Shown piece by piece: positions 19,691-29,786 of a stretch of DNA of 47,714 nt. Source of the DNA: Planctomycetota bacterium (lineage in GTDB: Bacteria > Planctomycetota > B15-G4 > JADJEK01); NCBI GenBank assembly GCA_043802345.1, contig JAZDLC010000196.1:1-47714 (forward strand). Direction: 5' to 3'. The first letter of the stretch is position 1. Each line of letters begins with the position of its first letter. The position numbers and the translations under genes are program-made. The notes below the pieces were generated by a model that was not told the origin of the DNA, did not search any database, and worked only from the letters and a program-made list of their open reading frames with translations.

Positions 19691-21181
19691 TCAGAGGGAG
19701 GGGCCGTCCGCCAGGTAGAACGCGGTCAGGAAGGTGAGCCGCGTCATGTCCGCCAGCATGTCGGGGTTGATGCGGTAGATCGTGTCGCGCGTCTCGTGAT
19801 AATGGACGTGCGGACCGTTCGACGAGAAGGTCAGGCACGGGAGGCCGGCCAGGTAGAAAGGTGCGTAGTCGCTGCCGCGCACGCCGGGCGGGCCGCTGAA
19901 TTCATGCAGGCTCCTGACCGTGCCGACGGTTCGGTCCGCGCTCTCGACTGCCTCCTTCAGCGCCGGGTAGCCGGGCCGGATGGCCGCGCCGGAGCCGTCC
20001 CCCTCGCCCACCATGTCGAGGTTCAGCATGACCATCATTCTTCCTGCCGCCGCGGGCGGCTTTTCCACGAACAGGTTCGAGCCCTCGAGCCCGCGTTCTT
20101 CGCCGCCGAACAGGACGAACACCACGGAGCGGCGCGGGCGCTGCTTCAGCCGGGAGAAGGCGCGGGCCGCCTGCAGCACGCAGGCGCTGCCGCTGGCGTT
20201 GTCGTTGGCGCCGGGGAACAGCAGTCCGAGATGCCGGCCGCAGTGATCGAGGTGCGCTCCGACCACCACGCTCTCGTGGCGAAGCGCCGGGTCGGAGCCC
20301 CTGACGATGCCGATGACGTTGTACGCCACGGCGTCCGCCACATATCTTGCCTTGACGGCGATCTGGACGCGGGCACCGGTCACGAACGACCGCGGCTGCT
20401 TGGTCTCGAGGAGCTCGGCCCGCAGCTTCGCGGCGTCCGTGCCGTTCCCGGCCAGGATGCGGCCGGCCTGGCGGTCGGAGATCATCGCCGGAAAGAACCG
20501 CTCGAGCCGCTCGCCGTTCGGGTTGGCGATCGGCGTCTCGTAGATGTAGATCAGGCCGAGCGCACCCCTCTCGCGGGCTGCCCGCATGCGCGTCCGGTGC
20601 TCGTCGTGGTCCTGAAACGCCCGGTTCGAATCGTCGGGCGTACCGCGGAAGCAGAGCGCGAACCGGCCCTTGACGTCCATGCCGCCATAGTCGTCATATC
20701 CCAGTTCGGGCGCCGAGATCCCAAACCCCACGAAGACCACGCCACCCTCGGCCACGCCGCTGTCGGAGTAGAGGAGGGGGAGGAAGTCGACGCCCGGCTC
20801 GAGGTCGACCGGTTCCTCGGCCGTGCCTTCTGCGGCCGGCAGGATCAGCTTCAGCGATGCGTCCTCCACGGTCGTGCAGGGGGAGGAATACGGCTGGAGA
20901 AAGCTCCCCTCGGCGCCCGGTTCGAGCCGATGCGCCTCGAGCGTCGTCGCGATCAGCTCGCACAGCTCCCGGTACTCGGGGGTGCCGGGGAAGCGGCCCG
21001 CGAAGCGCGGGAGACAGAGTTGCCGGCACGTCTGGTAGACGTCCGCCGGCCGGATCGACGCATAGGCCGACGCCAGGTCGGGCGGCAGGTCGGAGGGGGC
21101 CGCGGCCGCGGGCAGGCCTAGCGCGAACAGGGCGAGAAGCAGCGGTCGTGCCAGGGAAGAGGGCAGGGACTGAGTCAGCAT
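19691..21181 (-). CDS. M28 family peptidase with PA domain, secreted
   Basis: VFVGFGISAPELGYDDY.G.DVKG (PA domain); GAHLDH, GANDNASG, GEERGL.GS, NLDMVG, SDY and YH..D motifs. Confidence 0.93.
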   Translation of the reverse strand: MLTQSLPSSLARPLLLALFALGLPAAAAPSDLPPDLASAYASIRPADVYQTCRQLCLPRFAGRFPGTPEYRELCELIATTLEAHRLEPGAEGSFLQPYSSPCTTVEDASLKLILPAAEGTAEEPVDLEPGVDFLPLLYSDSGVAEGGVVFVGFGISAPELGYDDYGGMDVKGRFALCFRGTPDDSNRAFQDHDEHRTRMRAARERGALGLIYIYETPIANPNGERLERFFPAMISDRQAGRILAGNGTDAAKLRAELLETKQPRSFVTGARVQIAVKARYVADAVAYNVIGIVRGSDPALRHESVVVGAHLDHCGRHLGLLFPGANDNASGSACVLQAARAFSRLKQRPRRSVVFVLFGGEERGLEGSNLFVEKPPAAAGRMMVMLNLDMVGEGDGSGAAIRPGYPALKEAVESADRTVGTVRSLHEFSGPPGVRGSDYAPFYLAGLPCLTFSSNGPHVHYHETRDTIYRINPDMLADMTRLTFLTAFYLADGPSL

Positions 21182-21277
21182 GGCCCGGGTGTCTCCCGCG
21201 TGTCGTGAGAATCGAAGCCCGCACGATACGGCAGGCGAGGCGGCAAGGCCAGACCGCCCCCGACGAGCCTCAGGGCG

Positions 21278-22012
21278 TCAGAGTTTCTCGATCCAGTCCT
21301 CGATGCGCCCCGGTTGCCCGTCGGCATTCAACACCACGGCGAGACGCGGCACGAAGGCGTCGTCCTCGCCAAGCGGCGTATTGATGAGCAGGCCGCCGAG
21401 AAGAACCGTCGGTTCGGAGGGCGCCATCCTGCGAATGATGTCTCCGAGCACGCCATCGATCACCTCGAAGAGGCGTTCCGTCGCCGCCAGGACCGGATCC
21501 TCATGCCCGAGGATCGCCTCCTTCGAGTAGGTGAGGGCGCTCTCGAGCAGATACTGCTCGGCATCGAGCGGCTCGAACCGGGGTTCGTACCCGGCATCCT
21601 GCTGGATCTTCCCGAGGTACCCCATCAGCTCCCCGCAGTCGGGGCTCTCGTCCTGCTGCCCTTCGCGCTCGACCTGCCCCCACGTCCCGTCCCGACCGAG
21701 TCCCACGTGCGGGCCGAAGAGGATGAAGAGACGCCCGTCATCCTCCGGGACATGGTGGTGGCAGGCGGAGAAACCGGTGATGCCCGCCGACGGGTACCCT
21801 CCCAGACCGGCGAGGTCGAAGTTCTCGCCCCAAAACTTGACGAACTCGCTTACCGACCTCTGGTTGACTTCATCGCGGCAGAGGGCGTTCGCGAACAAGG
21901 TGTTCTCGGGAGTGAAGCCCCGCCCCAGCAGGTAGCTCTGCGACCGCTCGACCAGCTCCGGCCAGCTCAGCGCGCTTGGGTACTTCTCTCGCAGTTCCTC
22001 GGCCCAATTCAT
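21278..22012 (-). CDS. LCIB/LCIC-like (theta-type) carbonic anhydrase family protein
   Basis: GF..ENTL, CRDE, F.LAGLGGYP..G.TG, HHVP..G, FGPHVG, G.V.R.GQ, CG, D.EQ and LLGG..IN match the LCIB family pattern, including putative Cys/His/Cys Zn ligands. Confidence 0.8.
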   Translation of the reverse strand: MNWAEELREKYPSALSWPELVERSQSYLLGRGFTPENTLFANALCRDEVNQRSVSEFVKFWGENFDLAGLGGYPSAGITGFSACHHHVPEDDGRLFILFGPHVGLGRDGTWGQVEREGQQDESPDCGELMGYLGKIQQDAGYEPRFEPLDAEQYLLESALTYSKEAILGHEDPVLAATERLFEVIDGVLGDIIRRMAPSEPTVLLGGLLINTPLGEDDAFVPRLAVVLNADGQPGRIEDWIEKL

Positions 22013-22275
22013 CTTGGAGTCCTCAGCTCGGCAAGGTCACCTGAAACGCCCGCGCTCCACACCGGAGCGGTGCGATGATTCTACGGGTTTCCTGAGGCTC
22101 CGACAGCGAGTCGCCAGGTTTCCGCCCGGGACTCTCCCCTTCGCGGGTCCGAGGCGGGGGTAGAGGACCGGGGTGCAAGCGACTACGATTCGGGGCGTTC
22201 GAGCTTCCGGACGGTTCGGGGCGACCGCCTGAAGCGCTCGCCGACACGTTTCCGGCACCCAGGAAAGGTCGCACG

Positions 22276-24321
22276 ATGGCAATGGAAACCGAGGGGCACT
22301 TCTACTCGGAGGATCCGTCGGAAGGTCCGCCGGACGCGCGCACGGACCTCCGTGGCGTGGACTACTTCTTCCTTGGCAACGGCCTCGTCCAGGGCGCCGT
22401 CCAGGTCGATCCGTCCGGAGCCGGGACCCCGCTCGGCCTGCTCCTGCTGCACCCGGAATGGTTCGGGCCGAAGCGCACCGCGCTGACCTTCGATCCCGAG
22501 ACGGGCCTCGCCGGAACGGTGGTTCGGATCGAGCATCCCGAGGGGACGGCGGAACCTCTGAGTGGCGAGGTTGACGCGAGATGGACTGACGTCGACGGCA
22601 TTCCGGCTGTCCGCGCAGGATGGCGGAGCGGCGACCTCTCGGTGACCGAGACGTTCTACTGCCCGGACCGCACAAGGGCCCGTCTGGTGCGCGAGGTGTC
22701 GCTCCGCTCAAAGAGCGCGTTGGAGGGAGTCCTCGCGACCGGGCAGGGGGAGCGGCGCCTGGAGCGGACGGTCGTTCTCCGGCCGGAAGAGCCGGTGGTG
22801 GTGCTGTTGCGGTACGACCTGGAGGAACGGGGGCAGGACGTGACCTGGAGCCTGGACTGGCACGAGGAGGAAGGTCCCGATCCGGAGGCGGTTCGCTACT
22901 GGACGGAGCTGGCGGCCCTTTCCTTCGATTCCGGCGCGCGGGCGGAGCTGCTCGACCGCCTGTACTCGTCCGCCAGGCGCCAACTCCCGGCGGTCCTTTC
23001 CGCCGCGGGCGCCATGGACGGCAGCATCTGGCAGTACAACCTGGAGTGGGTCCGTGACCAGGCGAACGTCGTCGTCTCCCTCTGTCAGATCGGAGCTGTC
23101 GAGACCGCGCGGAAGATGCTCGCCAGGCTGCTCGGGAAGTTCGTCACCGAGGCTGGCGACACGGTCGATTCCAGCAGGTGGCGACCTCCCGCAGAAGTAG
23201 AGCTGGACCAGAACGGCATTCTTCTCATGACGGCGAAGGCATACGTCGACTGGACCGGCGATCTCGCGCTCGTTGCAGCGCACTGGCCGAAGATCCGCGC
23301 GCTGGCCGAATACCCTCTCCGGGACGTCTTCCGGCACGGGGAGTCGGGTCTCCTGAAGAACCAGCGCGAGTACTGGGAGCGGCATGCGGCGTACGGCATC
23401 GAGGAGGGGATGGAGCTGACCTACCAGCTCTTCGTGTCGCTCGGTCTCCTTGACGCGGCGGAACTGGCCGGCCTCCTCGGTCACCCCGAGGACGCCTCGC
23501 GCTGGCGAGCCGAGGCGGACCGCCTGAAACAGGCGATGCTCTTTGACCCGAAATTTTCCCTGGTGGAGCGCGGGATCTTCATCAAGCGCCGGCGTCCGGA
23601 CGGAACGGTCCAGGAGACGGTCACGCCGACCGCGGTGCTCCCGGTCGGGTTGGGGATCGACCATGCCGGCCCGCACTACCTGAATCCGGACACGGCGTCC
23701 GTCCTGCCGATCGTGACGGAGTTCATCGACCCCCGGGGCGACCTGGCGCGCCGGACGCTGGAGGATGTGGAGAGGCTCTGGAACCAGACCTGGGACGGCG
23801 GCGGCTACTGCCGCTACAACGTGACCTCCGAGGCCGATTCGCCCGGCCCCTGGCCGTTCGCCACCCTGTTCGTGGCCCGCGCGTATCTCGAGGCCGGCGA
23901 CGACCGCAAGGTCTGGCGTATCCTGGAATGGCTTGGCTCGGTCCCCTCCGGCGGCAAGGCATGCACCTGGTTCGAGTTCTACGGCGAGAAGAAGGTGCCC
24001 CCCTGTCCGCCGATCGGCATCACCCCGTGGACCTGGGCCGAGGTCCTGACCTTTTTCATCCACCATCTTCTCGGCGTACGGCCCGGCCCGGACATGCTCG
24101 AGCTCCGGCCGCGCCTCCTGGAGGGCTTGGACCGGGTCGAGGCGTCGCTTGCCGTGCGCGGCCATCGCCTCCACCTCACCCTGCGCCGCGCGGAAGAAAA
24201 CGAGGCAGAGGGCGCGTACCTCGACGGGGCCGCGCAGCCCCTGCGGGAGGGGCGGTTCCGGACCCCGATACCAGAGAAGGACCTGCGGGTGGAGCTCGTC
24301 TTGGAGAGGAAGAACCGATGA
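22276..24321 (+). CDS. GH15-like (alpha/alpha)6 glycoside hydrolase
   Basis: Y..EWVRD, ELDQNG, EYWE, GGY.RY and GPWP.ATL motifs resemble glucoamylase/trehalase GH15. No signal peptide. Confidence 0.65.
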   Translation: MAMETEGHFYSEDPSEGPPDARTDLRGVDYFFLGNGLVQGAVQVDPSGAGTPLGLLLLHPEWFGPKRTALTFDPETGLAGTVVRIEHPEGTAEPLSGEVDARWTDVDGIPAVRAGWRSGDLSVTETFYCPDRTRARLVREVSLRSKSALEGVLATGQGERRLERTVVLRPEEPVVVLLRYDLEERGQDVTWSLDWHEEEGPDPEAVRYWTELAALSFDSGARAELLDRLYSSARRQLPAVLSAAGAMDGSIWQYNLEWVRDQANVVVSLCQIGAVETARKMLARLLGKFVTEAGDTVDSSRWRPPAEVELDQNGILLMTAKAYVDWTGDLALVAAHWPKIRALAEYPLRDVFRHGESGLLKNQREYWERHAAYGIEEGMELTYQLFVSLGLLDAAELAGLLGHPEDASRWRAEADRLKQAMLFDPKFSLVERGIFIKRRRPDGTVQETVTPTAVLPVGLGIDHAGPHYLNPDTASVLPIVTEFIDPRGDLARRTLEDVERLWNQTWDGGGYCRYNVTSEADSPGPWPFATLFVARAYLEAGDDRKVWRILEWLGSVPSGGKACTWFEFYGEKKVPPCPPIGITPWTWAEVLTFFIHHLLGVRPGPDMLELRPRLLEGLDRVEASLAVRGHRLHLTLRRAEENEAEGAYLDGAAQPLREGRFRTPIPEKDLRVELVLERKNR

Positions 24322-26846
24322 CACAGCAAGCTTCTCGCGGGACGATCCACCTGGTCTGCAATTCCCACATCGATCCGGTCTGGCTCTGGGAGTGGGAAGA
24401 GGGCGCCGCCGAGGCGCTGTCGACCTTCCGTGCCGCGGCCGATCTGTGCGAGGAGTTCGAGGGGTTCATCTTCAACCACAACGAGGCGATCCTCTACGAA
24501 TGGGTCGAGCGGTACGAGCCCGCCCTGTTCGAGCGGATCCAGCGGCTTGTCCGGGAGGGGCGGTGGCACATCATGGGCGGGTGGTATGTGCAGCCCGACT
24601 GCAACATGCCGTCGGGGGAGTCATTCGTGCGCCAGATTCTCCTGGGCAAGCGGTACTTCCGGGACCGCTTCTCTGTCGACGTGACCACGGCGATCAACTT
24701 CGATCCGTTCGGACACACCCGCGGTCTGGTGCAGATCCTGAAGCGGAGCGGCTTCGATTCGTACATCTTCTGCCGTCCTTCCGTGAAGGAGAGCGCCGTG
24801 CCGGCGCCGGAGTTCACCTGGCTCGGGTATGACGGCTCCGAGATCTTCGCCACGCTGGCCGTCCTGCACTACAACTCGGCGCCGGGAGAGGCGCGGGCGA
24901 AGCTCGAGCAGTGGCTGGACGCACGTCCGGAGAAGGGCGTCAGCCTGCTCCTCTGGGGAGTCGGCAACCACGGCGGCGGGCCGTCGCGGCAGGATCTTCG
25001 CGACCTGGCCGCCGCGATCGGCGGGACGCAGGAGTTCGAGATCCGCCACTCCACTCCCGAGGAGTATGTGGCGGACTTTCGGGCGAAGGAACCCGATCCG
25101 CCGCTTCATGCGGGCGACCTCAATCCCTGGGCCGTCGGCTGCTATACCTCGATGAGCCTGGTCAAGCAGAGGCACCGGCGGCTGGAGAATGAACTGTTCA
25201 CCACCGAGAAGATGGCCGCCACGGCGGCAGTTCAGGGCCTGCTCCCTTATCCAGCGGACGGACTCAGGAGCGGAGCGCGCGACCTGGCGTCCTGCCAGTT
25301 CCACGACAGCCTCCCCGGATCGTCGATCCAGGCGGTCGAGGGGACGGTCCTCCGCACCCTCGACCACGGCCTGGAAACGCTCGCGCGGATCAAGGCGCGC
25401 GCCTTCTTCGCCCTGGCCTCGGGACAGCGCGCGGCCCGCGACGGGGACTTCCCCCTTCTCATCATGAACCCCCATCCGTTTCGGGTGGAGACGCTCATCG
25501 AGTGCGAACTGCAACCGCAGTGGCCGCACAAGACGAGCGGCTTCCTGCGGCCGGTGCTGTTTCAGGGCAGAAAGGAGATCCCGGTCCAGGCGGAGAAGGA
25601 GCGGTGCAACATCGACGAGGACCACCGGAAGCGCGTTGCCTTCCGCGCCACCCTCGAGCCGGGTCGAATGAACCGTTTCGACTGCAAGCTGGTGATGCAG
25701 AGGCAGAGGCCGGCCCGGCTCCTGCGGGAGAGGCACGGGCGCATTCGCTTCCATTCCGGTGAGTTGCACGTGGAGATCAACTGCAGGACCGGGCTGGTCG
25801 ACCGCCTCTCGGTCCTTGGGGTCGACCTCCTGGCGAAGAGCGCCTTCTCGCCGCTCGTGATGATGGATGACCCCGATCCCTGGGGGATGAGGGTCGACTC
25901 GTTCCGGCGGCGGGCCGGCGCCTTCCGGCTGCTCGGGAGGAAGGCCGGCGCGCGCTTCTCCGGCATCCCGGCCGTGGACCTCCCCTCGGTGCGGGTGATC
26001 GAGGATGGCCCCGTCCGCGGCGTGGTCGAGGCGGTCTTTGGGTTTGGCGACTCCTGCCTTTGCCAGCAGTACAAGCTTCCCAGGGAGGGGACCGAGTTCG
26101 AGGTGGAGACCCGCGTCTACTGGAACGAGAAGGACCGGATGCTGAAGCTGTCCGTCCCCACGCGTTTCAAGGACGCGAGGCTGCTCGGGCAGGTGGCGTA
26201 CGGCGTGGCCGACCTTCCTCGAGGAGGGAAGGAAGGGGTGGCCCAGCAGTGGGTCGGGCTGGTCTCGGAGGAAGCCGGCCTGGCGTTGACCTGCATCAAT
26301 GACGGCACCCACGGCGCCGATATGGCCCGTGGGGAGCTGCGCCTCTCGCTCTTGCGCTCGCCGGCCTACGCCGGCCACCCCACGAGCCCTGACTGCGGGA
26401 TCGTCCAGAAGGACCGGTTCACGCCCCGCATGGACCAGGGAGAGCGGTGCTTCCGCTTCTGGTTCAACGCCGGACCGGCGGGCGACCGGCTGCAGAGGAT
26501 CGACCGCGAGGCGCTGGCGCGGAACGCGCCGCCGATGGCGCTCTGCTTCTTCCCGCCGGGAGCTGGAAAGAAGCCGGTCGCCGGCGCCGTCCTCAGTGAT
26601 CCGGTCGTCCAGCTCGCGGCGCTGAAACAGGGGGAAGACGGCGACGGCCTGATCATCCGCCTCTTCGAGCCGACCGGGAAGCCGAGAAGCACCACCCTGT
26701 CGCTCCCCTTCGCCCGTGCGAGGACCAGGGTGCGCCTGAAGGCCTTCGAGATCCGGACCCTCCGTTTCGACCTGAAGACCGGCCGTTTCAGCGAGACCGA
26801 TCTCCTCGAGCGGCCGATCGAGTCGATGCTATCTCCTGATCTTTAA
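24318..26846 (+). CDS. Alpha-mannosidase, glycoside hydrolase family 38
   Basis: Start at ATG 24318 (ATGA overlap); HLVCNSHIDPVWLW, GGWYVQPDCNMPSGESFVRQ, DPFGH, GVGNHGGGP, QFHD.LPGS and RLSLLRSP motifs. Confidence 0.93.
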   Translation: MTQQASRGTIHLVCNSHIDPVWLWEWEEGAAEALSTFRAAADLCEEFEGFIFNHNEAILYEWVERYEPALFERIQRLVREGRWHIMGGWYVQPDCNMPSGESFVRQILLGKRYFRDRFSVDVTTAINFDPFGHTRGLVQILKRSGFDSYIFCRPSVKESAVPAPEFTWLGYDGSEIFATLAVLHYNSAPGEARAKLEQWLDARPEKGVSLLLWGVGNHGGGPSRQDLRDLAAAIGGTQEFEIRHSTPEEYVADFRAKEPDPPLHAGDLNPWAVGCYTSMSLVKQRHRRLENELFTTEKMAATAAVQGLLPYPADGLRSGARDLASCQFHDSLPGSSIQAVEGTVLRTLDHGLETLARIKARAFFALASGQRAARDGDFPLLIMNPHPFRVETLIECELQPQWPHKTSGFLRPVLFQGRKEIPVQAEKERCNIDEDHRKRVAFRATLEPGRMNRFDCKLVMQRQRPARLLRERHGRIRFHSGELHVEINCRTGLVDRLSVLGVDLLAKSAFSPLVMMDDPDPWGMRVDSFRRRAGAFRLLGRKAGARFSGIPAVDLPSVRVIEDGPVRGVVEAVFGFGDSCLCQQYKLPREGTEFEVETRVYWNEKDRMLKLSVPTRFKDARLLGQVAYGVADLPRGGKEGVAQQWVGLVSEEAGLALTCINDGTHGADMARGELRLSLLRSPAYAGHPTSPDCGIVQKDRFTPRMDQGERCFRFWFNAGPAGDRLQRIDREALARNAPPMALCFFPPGAGKKPVAGAVLSDPVVQLAALKQGEDGDGLIIRLFEPTGKPRSTTLSLPFARARTRVRLKAFEIRTLRFDLKTGRFSETDLLERPIESMLSPDL

Positions 26847-27063
26847 GAGCCGCCGAACGTCCTGAATCAAGGAACCGGGCCGCGCAGGCCTCCACCATTC
26901 GGGAGATTCGAGATCCTGGACCGTATTGGGTGCAGGAGTTGACCGTGATGCCTTTTCCTTCCTTGGCGCAAACGGATCGACAGCGGCGACGGTGAACGGG
27001 TAGTCTCGGTGCTGCTCGACTGCTGCGGAAGACAAACCAGAACAACCAGAACGAGGAACCAAG

Positions 27064-27612
27064 ATGTTGAAGTTCGCCTTTATCGTGCTTTCCCTGGGTC
27101 TTTTCGCCCTCCCGGCGACGGCCCAGAAGATGGGGATGATCAACCGCAACGCCCCGGCCATCGAACAGAAGATGGACCTGGGGTCGACCGGGACGGTCTC
27201 GCTGAAGTACACCGGCATTACCTGGGGAGCAGGCGCCTGGGCCAAGGCTCTCGAAGACGAGGGAAAGCGCGACCAGGCGCGGCAGCGGATCAACCAGACG
27301 GCCGACAAGAGCCCGCTCGGCTCGTTCGAGTGCTCAAAGGACGTGCAGATCGACGACGTCCTCGTTCCGGCCGGAAAGTACGACCTGGCCTTCAAGCTGG
27401 ACGACGACTTCGCCTGGCAGATCGCCCTCGCCAAGGAGGGCAGCTCGATCAGCATTCCCCTGACCCTCACGCAGGCGGAGGAGGCGAGCAAGCGGCTGGT
27501 CGTGAGCGTGTACGCCGGTGATGAGGACTTCACCGGCGGCCTGTACGTCGCCTTCGGCATGGATTCCGGCATGCTGAGCATCACCCCGGCGCCCGAGGAA
27601 GACCAGCGCTGA
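27064..27612 (+). CDS. Secreted DUF2911-like protein
   Basis: Signal peptide; P..EQK..., SLKY, and F..SKDV.I....VPAGKY.L pattern typical of DUF2911. Confidence 0.6.
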   Translation: MLKFAFIVLSLGLFALPATAQKMGMINRNAPAIEQKMDLGSTGTVSLKYTGITWGAGAWAKALEDEGKRDQARQRINQTADKSPLGSFECSKDVQIDDVLVPAGKYDLAFKLDDDFAWQIALAKEGSSISIPLTLTQAEEASKRLVVSVYAGDEDFTGGLYVAFGMDSGMLSITPAPEEDQR

Positions 27613-27769
27613 GAAGACCCTGCCGCCGGCGCTCCGCCAGGGCACAGGGCATTCGTGAATCTCGGCTGGACCGGCCGCGTCGTGCCCGCGCTGGAGGCGG
27701 CCGGCGGCGGTCCTCAGACCCGCGGGGCGCTGCGCTGGCCGGACAGGAGGAAGTCGGGGGACCACCAGT

Positions 27770-27793
27770 CCGCCCGGCGGCGGTTCTTTTTTT
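27770..27793 (+). terminator. Possible intrinsic terminator
   Basis: Short stem ccgcc-(cggc)-ggcgg followed by ttcttttttt, between the DUF2911 gene and kamA. Confidence 0.4.
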
Positions 27794-27933
27794 GTCTATA
27801 TGCCCTTGTTGTTTGCGAAAGAGCTAGTTTACTTACCGCGCTTAAATCGGGCGGTGGGCGTTCATGATCATTCGGTCCTGTTCAGGCCGGGGTGTGCGTT
27901 GTACCGACCGACATTCGGGAACAGTGAAGCACA

Positions 27934-29274
27934 ATGATCTCATCCCAATCATCGGACGATTCCGAAGCCTCACCAGACGAACCTGAACCTCCGGGGCCCC
28001 CCAGCCCCCGAACTACCCCCCACCCCTCAACCAGGCTTCACCCACGAATCAGCGCACCGGCGCTGTTACCTGCGTCCAGCGCGGAGCAGTTCCGCCGGAC
28101 ATTCTTTCCCGAGGCAACCGCCGAGGATTGGAGCGACTGGCGGTGGCAGCTCCGCAAGCGGCTCCGGAGCCCGGAGGAGTTCCAGAGGGTCTTCGACCTC
28201 TCCACCGAGGAACTCGCTGCGTTGCAGGGGATGCGCGGCAAGTTTCCGGCCGCCGTCACGCCTTTTTACGCCTCGCTCCTCAATCGCACGGATCCCGGGC
28301 AGCCGCTGCGCCGCTCGGTGATTCCTACGCTGAGTGAATTCGAGACACACTACGGGGAAGCGGACGATCCGCTCGCCGAGGACGCGTGCAGTCCGGTCGA
28401 GGGATTGGTGCACCGCTACCCCGACCGGGCGCTGTTCCTGGTCTCGGACCACTGCGCTGTCTACTGCCGTTACTGCACCCGCGCGCGGGTGGTGGGAAGC
28501 GGCGCGATGTCGCCCAACGTGAAGCGCTGGGAAGGCGCCTTCCGGTATCTGGAAGCGCATCAGGAGGTCCGCGACGTCCTGATCTCGGGCGGCGATCCGC
28601 TGACCCTCTCGGACGACAAGCTGGACTACCTGCTGTCAAGGCTGAGGGCCATTCCACACCTGGAGTTCATCCGGATCGGCACCAAGGTCCCCGCGGTCCT
28701 TCCGCAGAGGGTCACTCCCGAGCTGACCCAGGTCCTCAGCCGCTATCACCCGCTGTGGATGAGCCTGCACTTCACCCACGGCGACGAGTTGGTGCCGGAG
28801 GTGGTCGCCGCCTGCGAGCGGCTGGCGAACGCCGGCATCCCCCTCGGCAGCCAGACGGTGCTGCTGCGCGGCATCAACGACAACGTGCCGACGCTGAAAC
28901 GCCTGTTCCACGGGCTTCTGCGGGCGCGCGTGCGGCCCTACTACCTGTACCAGTGCGACCCGATCAGCGGTTCGGCCCATCTCCGGACGCCGGTGGAGAC
29001 CGGACTGGAACTGATCGCGGGGCTGCGCGGCCACACGACCGGCTATGCCGTGCCGCAGTTCGTCATCGACGCGCCCGGTGGCGGCGGCAAGATACCCCTC
29101 ATGGCCGACGCCGTGCTCGGCCGGGATGGCGATGACCTCCTGCTCCGCAACTGGGCAGGCGGGACCTTCCGCTATCCCGACCCGCTGCCGGAGCCGGTCC
29201 TGGCCGTCACAAGGCGGGGGCGGAACGGGAGCGGCCGGCGCGGCACGCCGCGGAACGGCGGAGTCCGGCGATGA
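27934..29274 (+). CDS. kamA: KamA family radical SAM protein (lysine 2,3-aminomutase type)
   Basis: W.DW.WQ, DPLAED, HRYPDR, CAVYCRYCTR (CxxxCxxC), ISGGDPL, RIGTK.P..LPQR, QTVLL.GIND, YYLYQCD and VIDAPGGGGK (PLP Lys) motifs. Confidence 0.93.
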   Translation: MISSQSSDDSEASPDEPEPPGPPSPRTTPHPSTRLHPRISAPALLPASSAEQFRRTFFPEATAEDWSDWRWQLRKRLRSPEEFQRVFDLSTEELAALQGMRGKFPAAVTPFYASLLNRTDPGQPLRRSVIPTLSEFETHYGEADDPLAEDACSPVEGLVHRYPDRALFLVSDHCAVYCRYCTRARVVGSGAMSPNVKRWEGAFRYLEAHQEVRDVLISGGDPLTLSDDKLDYLLSRLRAIPHLEFIRIGTKVPAVLPQRVTPELTQVLSRYHPLWMSLHFTHGDELVPEVVAACERLANAGIPLGSQTVLLRGINDNVPTLKRLFHGLLRARVRPYYLYQCDPISGSAHLRTPVETGLELIAGLRGHTTGYAVPQFVIDAPGGGGKIPLMADAVLGRDGDDLLLRNWAGGTFRYPDPLPEPVLAVTRRGRNGSGRRGTPRNGGVRR

Positions 29275-29786
29275 GCGAGGAATCTGGCGATCCGGAGCCG
29301 TTTTGTGCGCGGTGCGCGCGGCACCAGGCGACCTGTTGCCAGAATACGGACATCTACGTCACGCGCGGCGACGTCCGGCGCATCGAGGCCGGCACCGGCC
29401 GCACGGACTTTTGCGACTACCGGCTGGCGCGCAATCCTGCCTACCTCGGCCAGGACGACGACCCCCTCTGGAGGCGGCTCGTCTTTCGGGCTGACGGCAC
29501 GCGTCGCGTGTTGCGGCAGACGAGCGGCGGCGATTGCACCTTCTTGTCCAGCTCGGGCTGCACTCTGCCGAGCGACATCCGTCCGGTGATTTGCCGGCTC
29601 TGTCCCTTCGAATACACCGCGGCCGGTGTCACCGGCCTTGCCCCCGGCTGCCCGACCCAGTTGCTACGTCCCGGCGAGGACCTGATCGGCATTCTCGGCA
29701 TGAGCCGGGAGCGGGCCGAGGAACTGCTCAGGGCGCTCTATGTCGAACTTCTCGAGGAGGAGGCACTACAGTGCGCATCGGTCTGA
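29271..29786 (+). CDS. YkgJ family cysteine-cluster protein
   Basis: CARC..HQATCC, GDCTFL...GC and RPVICRL.PF motifs. ATGA overlap with kamA. Confidence 0.85.
   Translation: MSEESGDPEPFCARCARHQATCCQNTDIYVTRGDVRRIEAGTGRTDFCDYRLARNPAYLGQDDDPLWRRLVFRADGTRRVLRQTSGGDCTFLSSSGCTLPSDIRPVICRLCPFEYTAAGVTGLAPGCPTQLLRPGEDLIGILGMSRERAEELLRALYVELLEEEALQCASV

Noticed and set aside
23928-24317. 130 aa N-terminal extension of the GH38 ORF
   Set aside because: Overlaps the upstream gene; the real start is ATG 24318 with RBS and ATGA coupling.
27620-27933. Possible riboswitch (lysine/guanidine) upstream of kamA
   Set aside because: No consensus motif recognised by eye; an Infernal/Rfam scan would be needed.
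27934-29274. EF-P modification enzyme EpmB or lysine fermentation gene
   Set aside because: No efp/epmA or kamDE/kdd/kce nearby; longer KamA-type sequence with the DAPGGGGK motif.
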